Positions 23,704 through 36,800 of a DNA stretch of 64,000 nt are shown here, piece by piece. Numbering within the stretch: position 1 is the stretch's first letter; the number at the start of each line of letters is the position of its first letter. Under the pieces are notes generated by a model. That model searched no databases and was not told the origin of the DNA. It saw nothing but the letters and a program-made list of their open reading frames with translations. Made by a program: the position numbers and the translations under genes. The DNA is from Tubulanus polymorphus (lineage: Eukaryota > Animalia > Nemertea). Location of the stretch: NCBI RefSeq assembly GCF_964204645.1, contig NC_134027.1, positions 14,726,485 to 14,790,484 on the forward strand, in the 5' to 3' direction.

Positions 23704-26580
23704 CCCAGTAAACATGTCAATGTTATTACAATGTTAATGAAATGTTAAATCCTGATATTGAATTAAAGTTGATTTTTGGGTGTATAAGTAAGTTGTGACA
23801 ACCAACATTACTACAACATTCATCAATTCGCACATCGATTCAATGTCGACATGGTAACCATCTCCTCATGATGTAGATTCAACATTCATACACCAACATT
23901 AAACAAACGTTACTCCGACATCAATACAAAGTATTAAGATTCATATGAACTAAAATTAAAATTTATTGTTGAAAACCTGTAAAAATAAAATCATATAAAA
24001 GACATACTGTCTGATTACAATATTGACTGATCACAGAACTATGGGCCAACAATTCAGTGGCTTTCAGTGCTAATTCACTTCCATACCCCCTAATTCTACA
24101 GTTATCAGTGCAAAATTAGTCTGAAACATAAGCCTTGTCTATAGCCTACTAGCGCGTAAACCTGTGTTTGAATGCGGGTTTCCTCGGACCGGGGTTCTGC
24201 TTATAATCCGTGTTTGAATGCTGTATCATCCACACCATCACTAGAAAGAGGTTCAGTTTCATCATTACCAGATAACACGACATTCTGATCTAACAAATCA
24301 GGTTCATTAAACTCTATTTCATGATCAGAGTATTCCTCAGTATCAGAATCAATTGATGATAACTGTAACTCCCCCTCACTATGAGATAATAAGTTCTCAA
24401 GCTGTCTGTCAACAAATCGCCAGCGTCTTTGGCGTCCTGAGGCCATTGAATCAGGATTACTGTAAGAAAATTAAGAACAAGAAAGTAAATTCTTTACATT
24501 GATTTGATATGATTGATAATCCTATAATAAGGACTGAAAGATCTAATCCCAACGAGAGGGATTATATCTTTCGAGCTTTATTGTATGATTGATTATCATA
24601 TCTAAGACACTGATAATTGCGTCTAATCAAGGACATATTGACTTCCAGACTGTCAATTTTGCAGAATGGTGTACTTCAGTGTGGCTGTAGACTTAAATCG
24701 GGGAAGGTTGGTGTTAATTCACTTCCATACCCCCTAATTCTACAGTTATCAGTGCAAAATTAGTCTGAAACATAAGCCTTGTCTATAGCCTACTAGCGCG
24801 TAAACCTGTGTTTGAATGCGGGTTTCCTCGGACCGGGGTTCTGCTTATAATCCGTGTTTGAATGCTGTAGCGTCTACACACGAGATATCTTACACCTCCA
24901 TTAGAGTGTATAATAATAGACATTGTTTATTTTGATAACGGCATCCCACATACAGTTCACACGCTTCACATGCAAAGCCGTGTTTGAACGCGGGTTCCAC
25001 CATCTACACACAATAAAATCGCAGAGCTCGGTTCGAACGCGGGTTCAAACCCTTCTTTAATTGCAAGGTTTTCAAAACCCGTCTTTTCGGTAAAATGGCG
25101 TGTTTGAAAATAACAAGATTTTATGAAAACTGGGGACGCTGCACGGGCCGCGATTCAAACACTTCAACAACCCTAACTATGTTGCAATGATACGCATAGA
25201 CGAGAGCATGGTACAAATTATTGATTGTTGGAAATTACTCAACTGCACGAGTGTTTTCATATTCAAAAACATTTAATGCATAAAAAGAATTACAACAAGG
25301 ATTTTAAATTGTGCAGATATAGTGAAAATTACCCATAAACCTGAAAGAAATCTGGGACTGAGTGACATGGGCAGATAAGGAGTCGCTCTGCATGGGACGA
25401 TGATGAAATACCGGTAGAACATTACGAAACCACAAAGTTTTAAAACCCAGAATAGGTAAACAAAAATATCAACGGGATGTTTATGAAGGGGTAACCGGGA
25501 CAACCAGTAAATGTCTGTGACAAATGAATCCGTCATTGTACCGGCGAATCCAGGACGGTTAGTGTTGGCGCAGCTTTGGACTTCAGGCTTCTAGTAATTT
25601 TTTAAGTCAAAGCATGCCCAGAATGAATCATATAGCCTACTCATAACAAACTGAATTGAATAGTAGGCCTACGGTCACGTGCGGGTACACAGCGTGACAA
25701 TTGTCAATTATTAGGCCTATAATTTTCAGTAGGCCTATAATTTTTGATTCGCGTTTATAATTCAAATTCAATAAAATAGATTTTAATTGATATTGAAAAA
25801 ATTATCAAAAATTTTGATTTACTTAAACCTTGATAGGCCTAAATCTTACGATGAAATAAAAAAATTCATGTGGGGTTACTAAACACCGGAAACCGCATTA
25901 CTAGCGCCGCCTTTTTAATTTTGGCGTGGCAAATATAAATAAATCCGCATGGGATGGCATGCACTGCTGAACGGCATAGGCCCTAGAGTTGAGGAAACTC
26001 AAAATAGGCTCGAACGTTAATCTCCCAATCATTTATAAAAACTGTGTATTAATATTAATTCTTGAACGCCGGGATGGCGGTGGATTAACTTACTGTCCTT
26101 GATGAGCAAGAAACGTCGCTGTTAGACGCCATATTGGATGATCAGCTTATTGCAAGGTGTGGTATAATTCAGATCTCTCAGTTTCACCTCGAAGACGGCA
26201 TGTTCTAGATGGGTTCGAATCCTGCTTAAGCTTTTCAAAAAAACTACCAGCATGCTATTTTCTAGCAAATATTATACACACAAAATACTCGCACGGTAAA
26301 GTAGACACGAAAATAAACAACATAAACTATTTATATGTAGAAAATAAACAAATTTTGAATTACATTGAATCGACATTTAAAAAGCAATGTTTAATCTAGG
26401 TTGAATTTTGATCAAAGTGGCAACGGTTGCAAATTGGGACATTGATTCATCATCGTTATCTCAAATATCATAATAAAATATGGAATAAACATTGAAATAG
26501 AGCTGGTGTCATGGAATCAACGTTGATATCTCAACATGAACATTGAATCAACATTGATTTCAGGTCGCGTGTTTACTGGG
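23704..26580. mobile_element. Non-autonomous CACTA/EnSpm-like element
   Basis: cccagtaaaca...tgtttactggg TIRs, 2-bp TSD aa, subterminal caacatt/gttga repeats; internal ~155-bp direct repeat (24070-24225, 24715-24868). Confidence 0.7.
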
Positions 26581-26780
26581 AAGTTTATGTTGAAGGAAAA
26601 AACCTACCTGAATGTCTCAGTAATATAATTTTCAGAAATAACAGTTCAGACTCATCGTTAGGACCGACCACAGTTCTGTAGTAATTTGATTGCAGGTATA
26701 ATCAATTGAGCAGAACTAAGTATATTTTTCGTTTTTGTGTACATGTATTGTTAAGACCATTATTCAAAGTTACCAAAGTA

Positions 26781-27480
26781 CCATATTGCAGTCATAATCA
26801 CACAGTTTTTCTACCTTTAATCAATGAAACATGCCCTAATTTCCATCGCACGATTAGAATCCAATTTTAAGATATGGGTAATTGCGGACCATCGGTTTAA
26901 TATAATCAATCATCCTGTGAGTTCGGTAGCGGAACCTGATTTCTGTTTACAAGTCGTTTTTATTTAATTTTGATTAGGTTTGATTATAGTTCCGTTATAT
27001 GAGCCTGATGTATGATTGCCAATATTCGCGGTGCTCTTTACATCTTTGTACACATAATGGGGACACTTAATCAGGTGCATGGTTTTCTTACGGAAACTGA
27101 CTTTTCTCATCGATCATTCGCTACGATATGTATTACATATCACACGAATCCTATACGTTTGCCATATTGCAGTCATAATCACACAATTTTCTACCTTTAA
27201 TCAATAAAACATGCCCTAATTTCCATCGCACGATTAGAATCCAATTTTAAGATATGGGTAATTGCAGACCATCGGTTTAATATAATCAATCATCCAGGTT
27301 TGATTATAGTTCCGTTATATGAGCCTGATGTATGATTGCCAATATTCGCGGTGCTCTTTACATCTTTGTACACATCATGGGGACACTTAATCAGGTGCAT
27401 GGTTTTCTTGCGGAAACTGACTTTTCTCATCGATCATTCGCTACGATACGTATTACATATCACACGAATCCTATACGTTT
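26781..27480 (+). repeat. Imperfect tandem duplication, unit about 320-380 bp
   Basis: ccatattgcagtcataatcacaca... at 26781 and 27162; aggtttgattatagttccg...cctatacgtttgc at 26976 and 27296. Confidence 0.85.
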
Positions 27481-27801
27481 GCATTTATACTGTTAGCAAA
27501 TATCATGAAATATTGCAATTTGCTCATTTTGTTATAATTTTGAAAATTTTCAAATTTAATTGCAGAGATTCCCCGATATATCACGAGTAATGAAACAGAT
27601 ATCTCAATTAATTTTTTGATTTTTATTTTATTTTGAAATCAATGTAGCAAATATAGGAACCAATGTTATTGATCATAAAGCCCCCAAAACTGCCTGCATT
27701 AATCTTTTTCCTTATTGGGGAGAGACGGGAATAACCCCTTCCTAATGAATCGTTATTCAATATATTTATGCTGAAATGCGTTTATCATCAATATTTTACA
27801 G

Positions 27802-30800
27802 TACTTGAAAGTGATAAGTCGAACCCAGTTACTGGTCCAGCTGAAGTGAAATTCATCCCAGAGCAAGTGTATCCCTTTATCGACCACTATATATCTAATA
27901 TGAATATTGGCGATTGTTCTTGAAGTAATCCAAAATCATTTTCCGTGTTGACAGTTTCGACGTTCTCTAAGGTCGTCTTGCGCAGAACTTGCGCAGTTGG
28001 CTGCTCTGGTGGGCCCTCTGACCATCCAGCATTATTCATGCCTTGCCAATCTGGCACACAGTTTCCAAAACGTGATCCGCAAAAGGCAAACTGTGTAAGA
28101 TGCTCCGGGTGGAGAATCGGAGCGCACTGTAATGACGTCAGATTTGTCCACGTCCCTTTTATGTTCATTCAGGCGGATCCCGAACTGGTTTCTCCACTGT
28201 AAACATGTCTCATAGGCTGATATTTACTTTAACCCGGGGCTTGCTCAATTCATTTCAATAAAGTTAGCCCCTGGGTTAGAAGTTAATACCGGTCTATAAA
28301 GCTGAGTACAGAATGTTACGTAATGTCGTGTGCGATTGGAAACTAGTGCCTTCTCCACGACTTCGCAGCAATCGGGGAAAACAAAATTCTCAGACCTGTA
28401 ATAAATGGGATGAGCATTTGGCTTATATTCCTATTCGGATTTGTTTTCCGGTGCATCTCTTTTCCTTTTGATTTTCTTCGTGTATCTAAAGGTCCATTTC
28501 GGGTATCTGTACGCAGTCAGTGCATCGCTAATGGTGGTTTCTTCAGCACATTTATCTTCTTCATTTCTCACGATATTGTCAGCTCGATCTAGTAGGGTCC
28601 TCGATCCAAGCCAAGTTTCAATGGGTGATGTGACGAGAAATTCAAGTATTGGTCACTGTGTGTCTTGGTTTATAAACATGCGTCTCAGCGACTCATCCGG
28701 TTAGCGTATTATGGACACATCAAAGAACGGAATCTTGCCGTTAAAGTCTCGACGGGACCAGACTTTTTCAGATGGCTATCTAGTTCTTCTAGTTTCCTGG
28801 TCAACGCCATGATTGATATATTCCTTCCAAAACGGTAGATTAATGCAGTCTGGTGCACTATCAATGGCCGTTTGCTCAATAAACTCTATAAACTCTTTAT
28901 ATAGATTCGGTGCGATGAGAGATATTGGGATTTCCATTACAGTACCAAATTTCTGTTGATAGATATGATCGTTGAATCTAAAATACGTGGTGGCGGATTG
29001 TCGTGTGTTGGTGAACAACGACACGCCATCCAACGTCTGATGCAGCTAACTTCATAGTTAGTTTCTCCAGTCGTCATGAATTACCATCTGGTGGTGACAA
29101 ACTTTACGCAGTTCTGAGGAAGACGTCACGAGAGAAAGTCGAAATTGTCAACACGGTAAATGATTTTGGATTATTCCGAGAAAAATTTCCGTTATAGAAG
29201 TCAAGATAATCCGATGAGTTTCTTTGGAGAACACTCAATATCAGTCAGCCTATTCAGCAATATGTAAGAAATTCTTAACTTGCAGCAGACCAAATAAATC
29301 AAAACCTCCTTCCGATGTAAGATTTGTAAAACCCCGTAGATATGATATAACTTAAATACGGTAAGCAAAACAATTTTCAAGATCTTCAAAATATTTCAGG
29401 CAATAGCACTGGATGGATGCAGTTTAACCCCCGAAGATTTGGTTAACCTTGGAAAAGGTTTATATAAAATAAAGGTAGGTTTGAATACATGTAGGCGTGC
29501 GTGTCCTCAGCTTTTGGGGTAAAATGGTACTGTACGAATTCTTACATTTATTTCAGCTAACTTCTGAGTCACAGAATAAAGTAACCAAGGCCAGACAGTT
29601 AGTAGATGACATAGTCAGAGAAAATAAAAGTAAGCTTATTTTGTGATGATAACATTACACGTAGATCTGGATTGTGAATAATTGCTTCAAATTATCTCAT
29701 GAAACATCCTTTTAGCTGTTTATGGAATTACAACTGGATTTGGTAAATTCGCACGAATAACTATTCCCCCTGAAAGAATAGAGTGAGTTATACTTACTTA
29801 AAATTGGGCGCATAAAATGTGTTGGCACCATTTTGTATCGAAATATATTGCATATGTACTCTTCTGCGATGGATTGTGTGTGATTTTGTTCCAGAGAGTT
29901 ACAAGAAAATTTGATTAGATCTCATGCATCAGGAGTTGGGCAACCTCTTGATCCGCAGAAGACACGCATGTTATTAGCGTTGAGGATTAATGTGTTAGCT
30001 AAAGGGCACAGTGGAATTTCATTAGAGACACTATTACAATATATCGATGCTTTTAACGGTATGTATTACATCCATCAATTACCTGCCCGTATCCTCGGAT
30101 ACGAGTCAACCCATATATTGTTCTTATGTTATTTCTATAGACTTTCGCTCCAGGAGTCCGGTATCACTTCCGAACGCACTTCCACCAGCCCCTCCCCCCC
30201 CCTGGCCTCACGACGCGTGATTTCATTGCTGGTGATTTCGCGCATGACATCAGATATCAACTTGCGAAACACTTCCTTGTTCGCTAAATGTTCTCTGATT
30301 GGTCCATTTAACAGGCAATTCCGTGTCGCCTAAAGTCGTGTTACAAGCGCTGTGATGACCCGACTGGTTTTTGGTCGATGGTAACGAATCCAACGATTCC
30401 TGAGGTCAAGGGGTTAAGATGTCATACTTGCTTCCTGTAATGGAAAGAGTCTTAGCTTTTGGTTAAGTTGCAAAAGATATTACGCAATATTAGTAATGGT
30501 AACTCAAAACCATCCTACAAGCATGCCATAGAATTACCTACTTGCGAATATCCTGTTTGCGAGCTATTTTCCTGAATGCATACGCACATTTTGGTCACGA
30601 ATTGGCTATATTGGGTGCGTAAAGTCATCCTCCCCGGCAAGATTCGAACCTGTAGCATCGAGAGTGCCACGGTACGAAACCCTGCCACACTAGACCGAGC
30701 TGCACATATACCTGCGCGCCTGGTCTACTGTCGAAGGGGTTCTTGCCATGGCTGAGTGTAGCGATTCCATCAGGTTCGAATCCCTGCCGTGGGAAGATGG

Positions 30801-33800
30801 TGTATAGTTTGAAGTACGTAAATCAATATAGCAGGTACTGTTACAGTAGTAATTCACGTAAGATCCTATTTTCACAAAAAAGTATTAGTGGCCTTTCCAC
30901 CACCAATCAGATTATGTAATCATCGGAATAAATGTCAGAGGCTGGGACTCAATAGAAATTATCATAATCAATTCATGGAATGTCTGTATTCAGGGGCCGG
31001 TCTACGGACACTCAACGATTTCTAACTTTAAGTATCTTCAGTAATTGAAAAGAAACCGACTTTTTGTAGACTCCTTGTCCCGCAGTGCGCGGACCAGCGG
31101 TTGTGTGCCCGACGGTAGCTTACTATACGTGCGTGGTCCTTCCTCTTTCATGTTGAGCGGTTCCTGAACTTCGCTGAAAAAGCTGAAGCACTGAAACGCT
31201 GAAACGCTGAAATACAAATGCTGAAATTTCAGGGAATTTCCGAAAACGCCGAAATTTCAGGGAATTCCCGAAAAACGCTGAAATCGTGCTAGGTACCGAC
31301 AAAACATGTTTTGAAATTTTTTCCGCGCCGGTGTCTGCTGCCGAGTCCTGAACCGTGTTTTAGTCTCTACCTTCGGTTACAGAGACATGCATGGACAGTA
31401 TGTGTTAAGTATACTTCTAGATGGCCATTTGTTGGACAAATTAATTTGCTTGAAATCCGGATGTTTGAATGCATACAGGCAGCATAATGAGGTGCGTGCG
31501 TGCGGGTGTGAATACAAAACTGAACGAAGGGGGCGGCCGATCGCATTTGCGATCATTTGAACGCTTTGCGACTATTTCTTTAATCAGATCCCCCAAGAGT
31601 TGAAATATTTGAATGTCTTACGTGGGAAAAAATGAACATGATAAAATTTTTCATATGTTCAAAGATCCCTCTAACCACCGTGGCTTAATCACAGCAATCC
31701 CTTTTCTGTAGTGCTGGACCTCATGAAAAAGCAAGACGATGTTACGACATACTTTATAACTTACGTAGCCTACATTCTACGTGTGTGTCTGCGTGCGTGC
31801 GTGCGACTTCTATCCAGTTACGGCGCCCGATAATATGACTTAAATATAGGAATTTAACTTATTTCCACATATCTAAATATCAATTGCAACGACAAGTGGT
31901 ACGCTATAGATCGTTAAACACATGTCTATGTCCCCATTATCTCAATGGTGGGGGGGGGGCGCTATCAAATGAGAGGGCATAATTACTGAGCATATAGGCA
32001 AATCATTATCTGCATGATGCATAATGTTAAAATCATTAATCATGTTACATACTAGTGGGTAGAATATATTTAACATTCAGGTCGGTTGGCGCATTTTTGG
32101 TCTTCAATGCAGCCAATAAAACCCTTTCAAGAATGTATTACACAAGCTTCTTTGTTGTTATCAACCTGCTGTCTGTAGACATCCCTCCACATAGACATCC
32201 CCTCCAGACGTTCGATAGACATTCAACAGTTTCCAAAACCATGGTCATCGTCGATGCGTCAAAACGCCCTGCGGCAGTACTCCAGACATTTTTCTTCGAA
32301 AGGTGTTTGTGTGAACCATCAACTTTACACGGTTATTCACTATTTGTAAAATGAACCTAAGCCTTATCAATTTACCTGGCTCTAGTCCCCGATAAAAGGC
32401 CTACCTGAATAGCCTATTATATAGTGTCGAAAAGGTAGCACTCCTCACGTTATTTAAACGTTTTGGGACTTATGGTTGACATGGTACACGTTACTGAGAA
32501 TGGCCAAATACCGACAAGTGGAGCCCAGCAAACACGTTGAAACGTATGGCACTTAAAAAGTCTGGAACAACGACTCTTACCTCTGAATCTGATCCTTTTT
32601 TCGGCCTGAAACCTTTGCCCCATACTTCCTTAAAATATCATTTAGATCTTTAAAGACATCTGATTGACAGCTGCAGAAATTTTGCGCATTGAACACTCGA
32701 CTTTTTTACCGTACACCTTCGATCTGCGAAAAATACCATTCATACTTGAAACTCATTTCAAGCTGATTTTAATTTCGAACCGCTAGATTTGGCAGAGTTT
32801 ATTACGAAACAAAAATGTTTTCAAAAAATATCCAGTTCTCAGACTTCTAGACGGTCTAATACGCTTCCCTACAATGAAATAGGATGTTTCCGGTGGTTCC
32901 TGATGATCTTGAAATTATGGGGGTCGTAAGGGCCCCCCAAATGTCAAAAAATAATTTTGTACCTTAGACCGGGGCCATTAGCAGCTTTAAATTTTATAAT
33001 CTATATATCTTCGTAGTATCTACTGAATAGCATAGAGCAAACTAGCTGCCTGGTCTATTTATAAAGCATTCAATTTTGCCCTACTTTTGATTATACAAGC
33101 TGACCTCAATTTATCGATAACGATCGTCGTGACCTGTATCGAATTTATTTATACATCTGCCAGCGAAGTCAACAACCAGAAAATTAAATTATTTGACGCC
33201 TGCAAAAAAATGTAGAATTTCTGGGATAATCTAATGTGGAATTGCGAATTTGAAATCGAAGTTTTAAAAAATTTGGGGGATTATGAGATTTGGCGATTGG
33301 GTAGATGATACAGGTCTTCGATTGTACTGAGTAGTGGTTTAATTTTTTTATTGAAAATTGTCAATCCAACTTCATTTCCTCAATGATTGAAGAAAGAGCT
33401 CTTCTGATGTCTGCTTCATCATGACGTTGAGCATATCTTGTGGCCTAGCCAGGTTTAGTGGCTGTCACTCGATATCCTATCTTGATGTGGGTGTTGAAGT
33501 AGACATTGTCATTCAAAATAACTTGTTTATGTTATTCTGTATGAATTACCCGCGTGTCTTGTATGTTAAATTTTCTTATTCTAAAATTTGTAACTTTATT
33601 GAATTAGGGAATTTTATCCCGGAATTTCAATGTAATAAGGATCAATAAAGAATTGAATTGAATTGTCACCTAATACACATGCCATCAGAGGACGCGGAGC
33701 CGTATATGCAACTATGCTATTATACATTGCTAATCTCATGAAACCTGCATACCCCTAATATCGAACATATTTTCTAAAACATTTGAATATTGAAATCATA

Positions 33801-36800
33801 TATTCACACATTTTTATATGGACCACTTGTAGCCGCTGATGAAATTCACGCCGGCCCTACACAGATCGTAGATAGCTTCGTCATTCCACCAGCATCCCCA
33901 CGTCAGGGTCTGACTTTTATATCAAACTTCTGTATCGTGTATACATCCGCCATTCAACCGAATAATCCGATTTACTTATCATTTCTATTTATGCCTGCCG
34001 CTACTGATATAATCATACATCCTGTACTACTACAATACGTCTTCTAATGATATTCAATGCAATATAACATTTCGACGTTCAAATAGAGGTCATTATATTA
34101 TCACAGGAAGCCATTCTACATCTAAGTCTACTATATTTTGCCAAATAGCTTGTATGTGTACACATAGACCTGTGACGTTTTACACATCGATTTACGGTTG
34201 TCGTTTGTAAAATGACGCTGAATTGTTTAGGTTTCACAATGCTAACGTTTTATAAGGCGCAAAAAACCAGTGCCTGGGGTTGCCAAGATTACCAGGCATA
34301 CATACAAGCAGTATAAGCTTCATTCATAGGCATTTAGATAGTACATGGGGTACACGTTAACCCACTGTGAACGGACGACACAGTTTGTATCCACACAAAG
34401 AATGCATACTGTGTCCTCCGGTCACAGTTAGCTTGAATAGAGTTTTAAGTTCGGTAGTAATGTTTCAGATCAAAGGTTGTGAGGTCGAGGTCCGCTCAAC
34501 CTCTCTCCCTTAAATCTAGAAACGTAATCATACAATTAATTTATATAATATCATATTTTGATTCTACAATATATTAATTCTAATATATATAATAATGTAA
34601 CATTTCTAATTATTATATTACAAATAAATATTACAAAAATTAAAAAATAATGTAATTACGAATATAGATATAATTTGGTATAATAGAATGATTCAATTTT
34701 AATAGAAAATATGTTTAATAAATGGAGAGCAATAACAAACAATCAAAATGATATAAACTTTATCAAAAGGATAAAAGATTACTGTTGCTAAAAGTAGATT
34801 ATGAATGTAAGAACTAATTAATACTAGATGAAATGTATTTATTCACAGGTATTGAAATAATTCCAACTGAATATGGAAATATATTTGTAGCACATTTAGA
34901 ATATGAAGGTTTAACAAATAAATATAACTTGTTTACATATTTATCAGATAGATTTAACAGATTATCAAAGATATTGATAATTTAAAATCAGGTATATTTT
35001 ATTCAATTTATCAAGGTGTCGCATAACAGAGGCGACAGTAGTCAACCAGGATCAGAAAGCATGTCATCGATTTAACTGTTACATTTATTAGCGGATTGCA
35101 CAACACACCATATAACATATAGCACATAGGACACTGCGTAACGTTAACTACAAAATACAAAGCGTATATGTATTGAATAATTTGCTAACGGAATCAAGTG
35201 AATCTGGAAAACCAATTTGATACTGCGTAAATATAATGACATTTGACTTACAACTTTGTAGACTAGCTGCGACTCTATGAAATCCCTTGGGCGAATGCCC
35301 AGAGAAAATCCTAGAGGAGAACAATATACAGCTGGGAACTGTGAACGTGTAATAGTGGTTAAGAACCGAAATAGCTAGTTCCAAATTAAATTGATTTAAT
35401 GAATACAAAAAATAATCCTCTTGTGCATTTCTGATACAACCTATACAACATGAAATCCAAATCCACATCAAATCTATATACATTGAAACATTAGACACGC
35501 TGAAATAAACATACACAATAAACAAAGACAAAAATATTTAACACCACACATAAAGACAAAAAGGATTCAATCGCAAACACCAGGAAAAGATGAAAAAGGG
35601 CATCATATTATAGATTTTGAATGAAAAATATGTGAAATAAATAAATGGTAGAATTAAAAGAATATAGATTATATATCGATTCTAGGGAACTTTCAAATCA
35701 AAGATAATAAAAATCTCATCATCTAATAATACAATTAGACAAACAATACAAACAGAGAGTTTAAGAATTGTGACGATATACAATTAGTGAATGTAACTTC
35801 TAATTCTTTTCATCGTATATGGAATAAAACTCTTAAAATGGATTTTATTTGATTTCTTTTTGGGAACTTGATAAATAGAATCACATATTTCTAAAATCAG
35901 GATTATATAATTTAGAAACATAAACGCAAGAAATTAATAGAAAAGCTCAGTTAAAAATGGGTGGTGCTGTCGGATTCGGAATTAAATCTATTAAAAGTGA
36001 TACTACTAATATAATTTGGATAAAGTTAGCTTATGATGATCAAATACATTTATGGTAAAAAAAAAACCTTTAGCCAAAATTTTGGGAATAATTCTACATA
36101 CAATTTTTGCTAATATAAGTGCTACACCAAATTTACTAATCTTAAACATTTCTATAATTATTGCAATTAAATAGCCCCAAAAACATATGAATTGATAGCA
36201 TTTCCTTGTATATTAACTATTCTACCATTAAAAATGTTAAAGAATTTGGAACACAAATTATATATCAATAATCAGAATGTGATTATAAACCTTGTAATAA
36301 TTTCAGGTTAGAAATAAGAAATCGAAATGGATACTTAATTAATTTAAATGATTTTCCTGTAATTTATGAATTAGTTACAAGATGTAAAACATTTTTCATA
36401 ATATAAATATGAATATTACTGTAGGACCGAGTATTTGTATTGGATTTGATTTCAAAAGAAAAACAGCCAAAAGTTAAACTCGATAATGTTATCATATTTT
36501 CTAAAAGTAGATCATTTGATAATGAAACAACGATAGATAAATACACTTATATTGTAGAAGAAATAATTGTTTTCATCAAAAAATCTTTAGAATATTATGA
36601 TTTAAATAAAAAATAATTATTGATGATATCAAAGAAAATAATTGAAATATATGATAATCACAAAATCGTAATGTTATAGATATTTAAATAGTTTTAACTT
36701 AACAACAGCTTGAGCTACCCTGAGTCTGCCCTAAGTCTCTTGTTCCTTTTCCCAAATCGTTTAGGATTTGCGATATGGACCTTTTGTACTATGTTTTGTT

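Noticed and set aside
29911-30333. 140-aa ORF as a stand-alone gene
   Set aside because: It is a HAL exon read through into the intron after 30058
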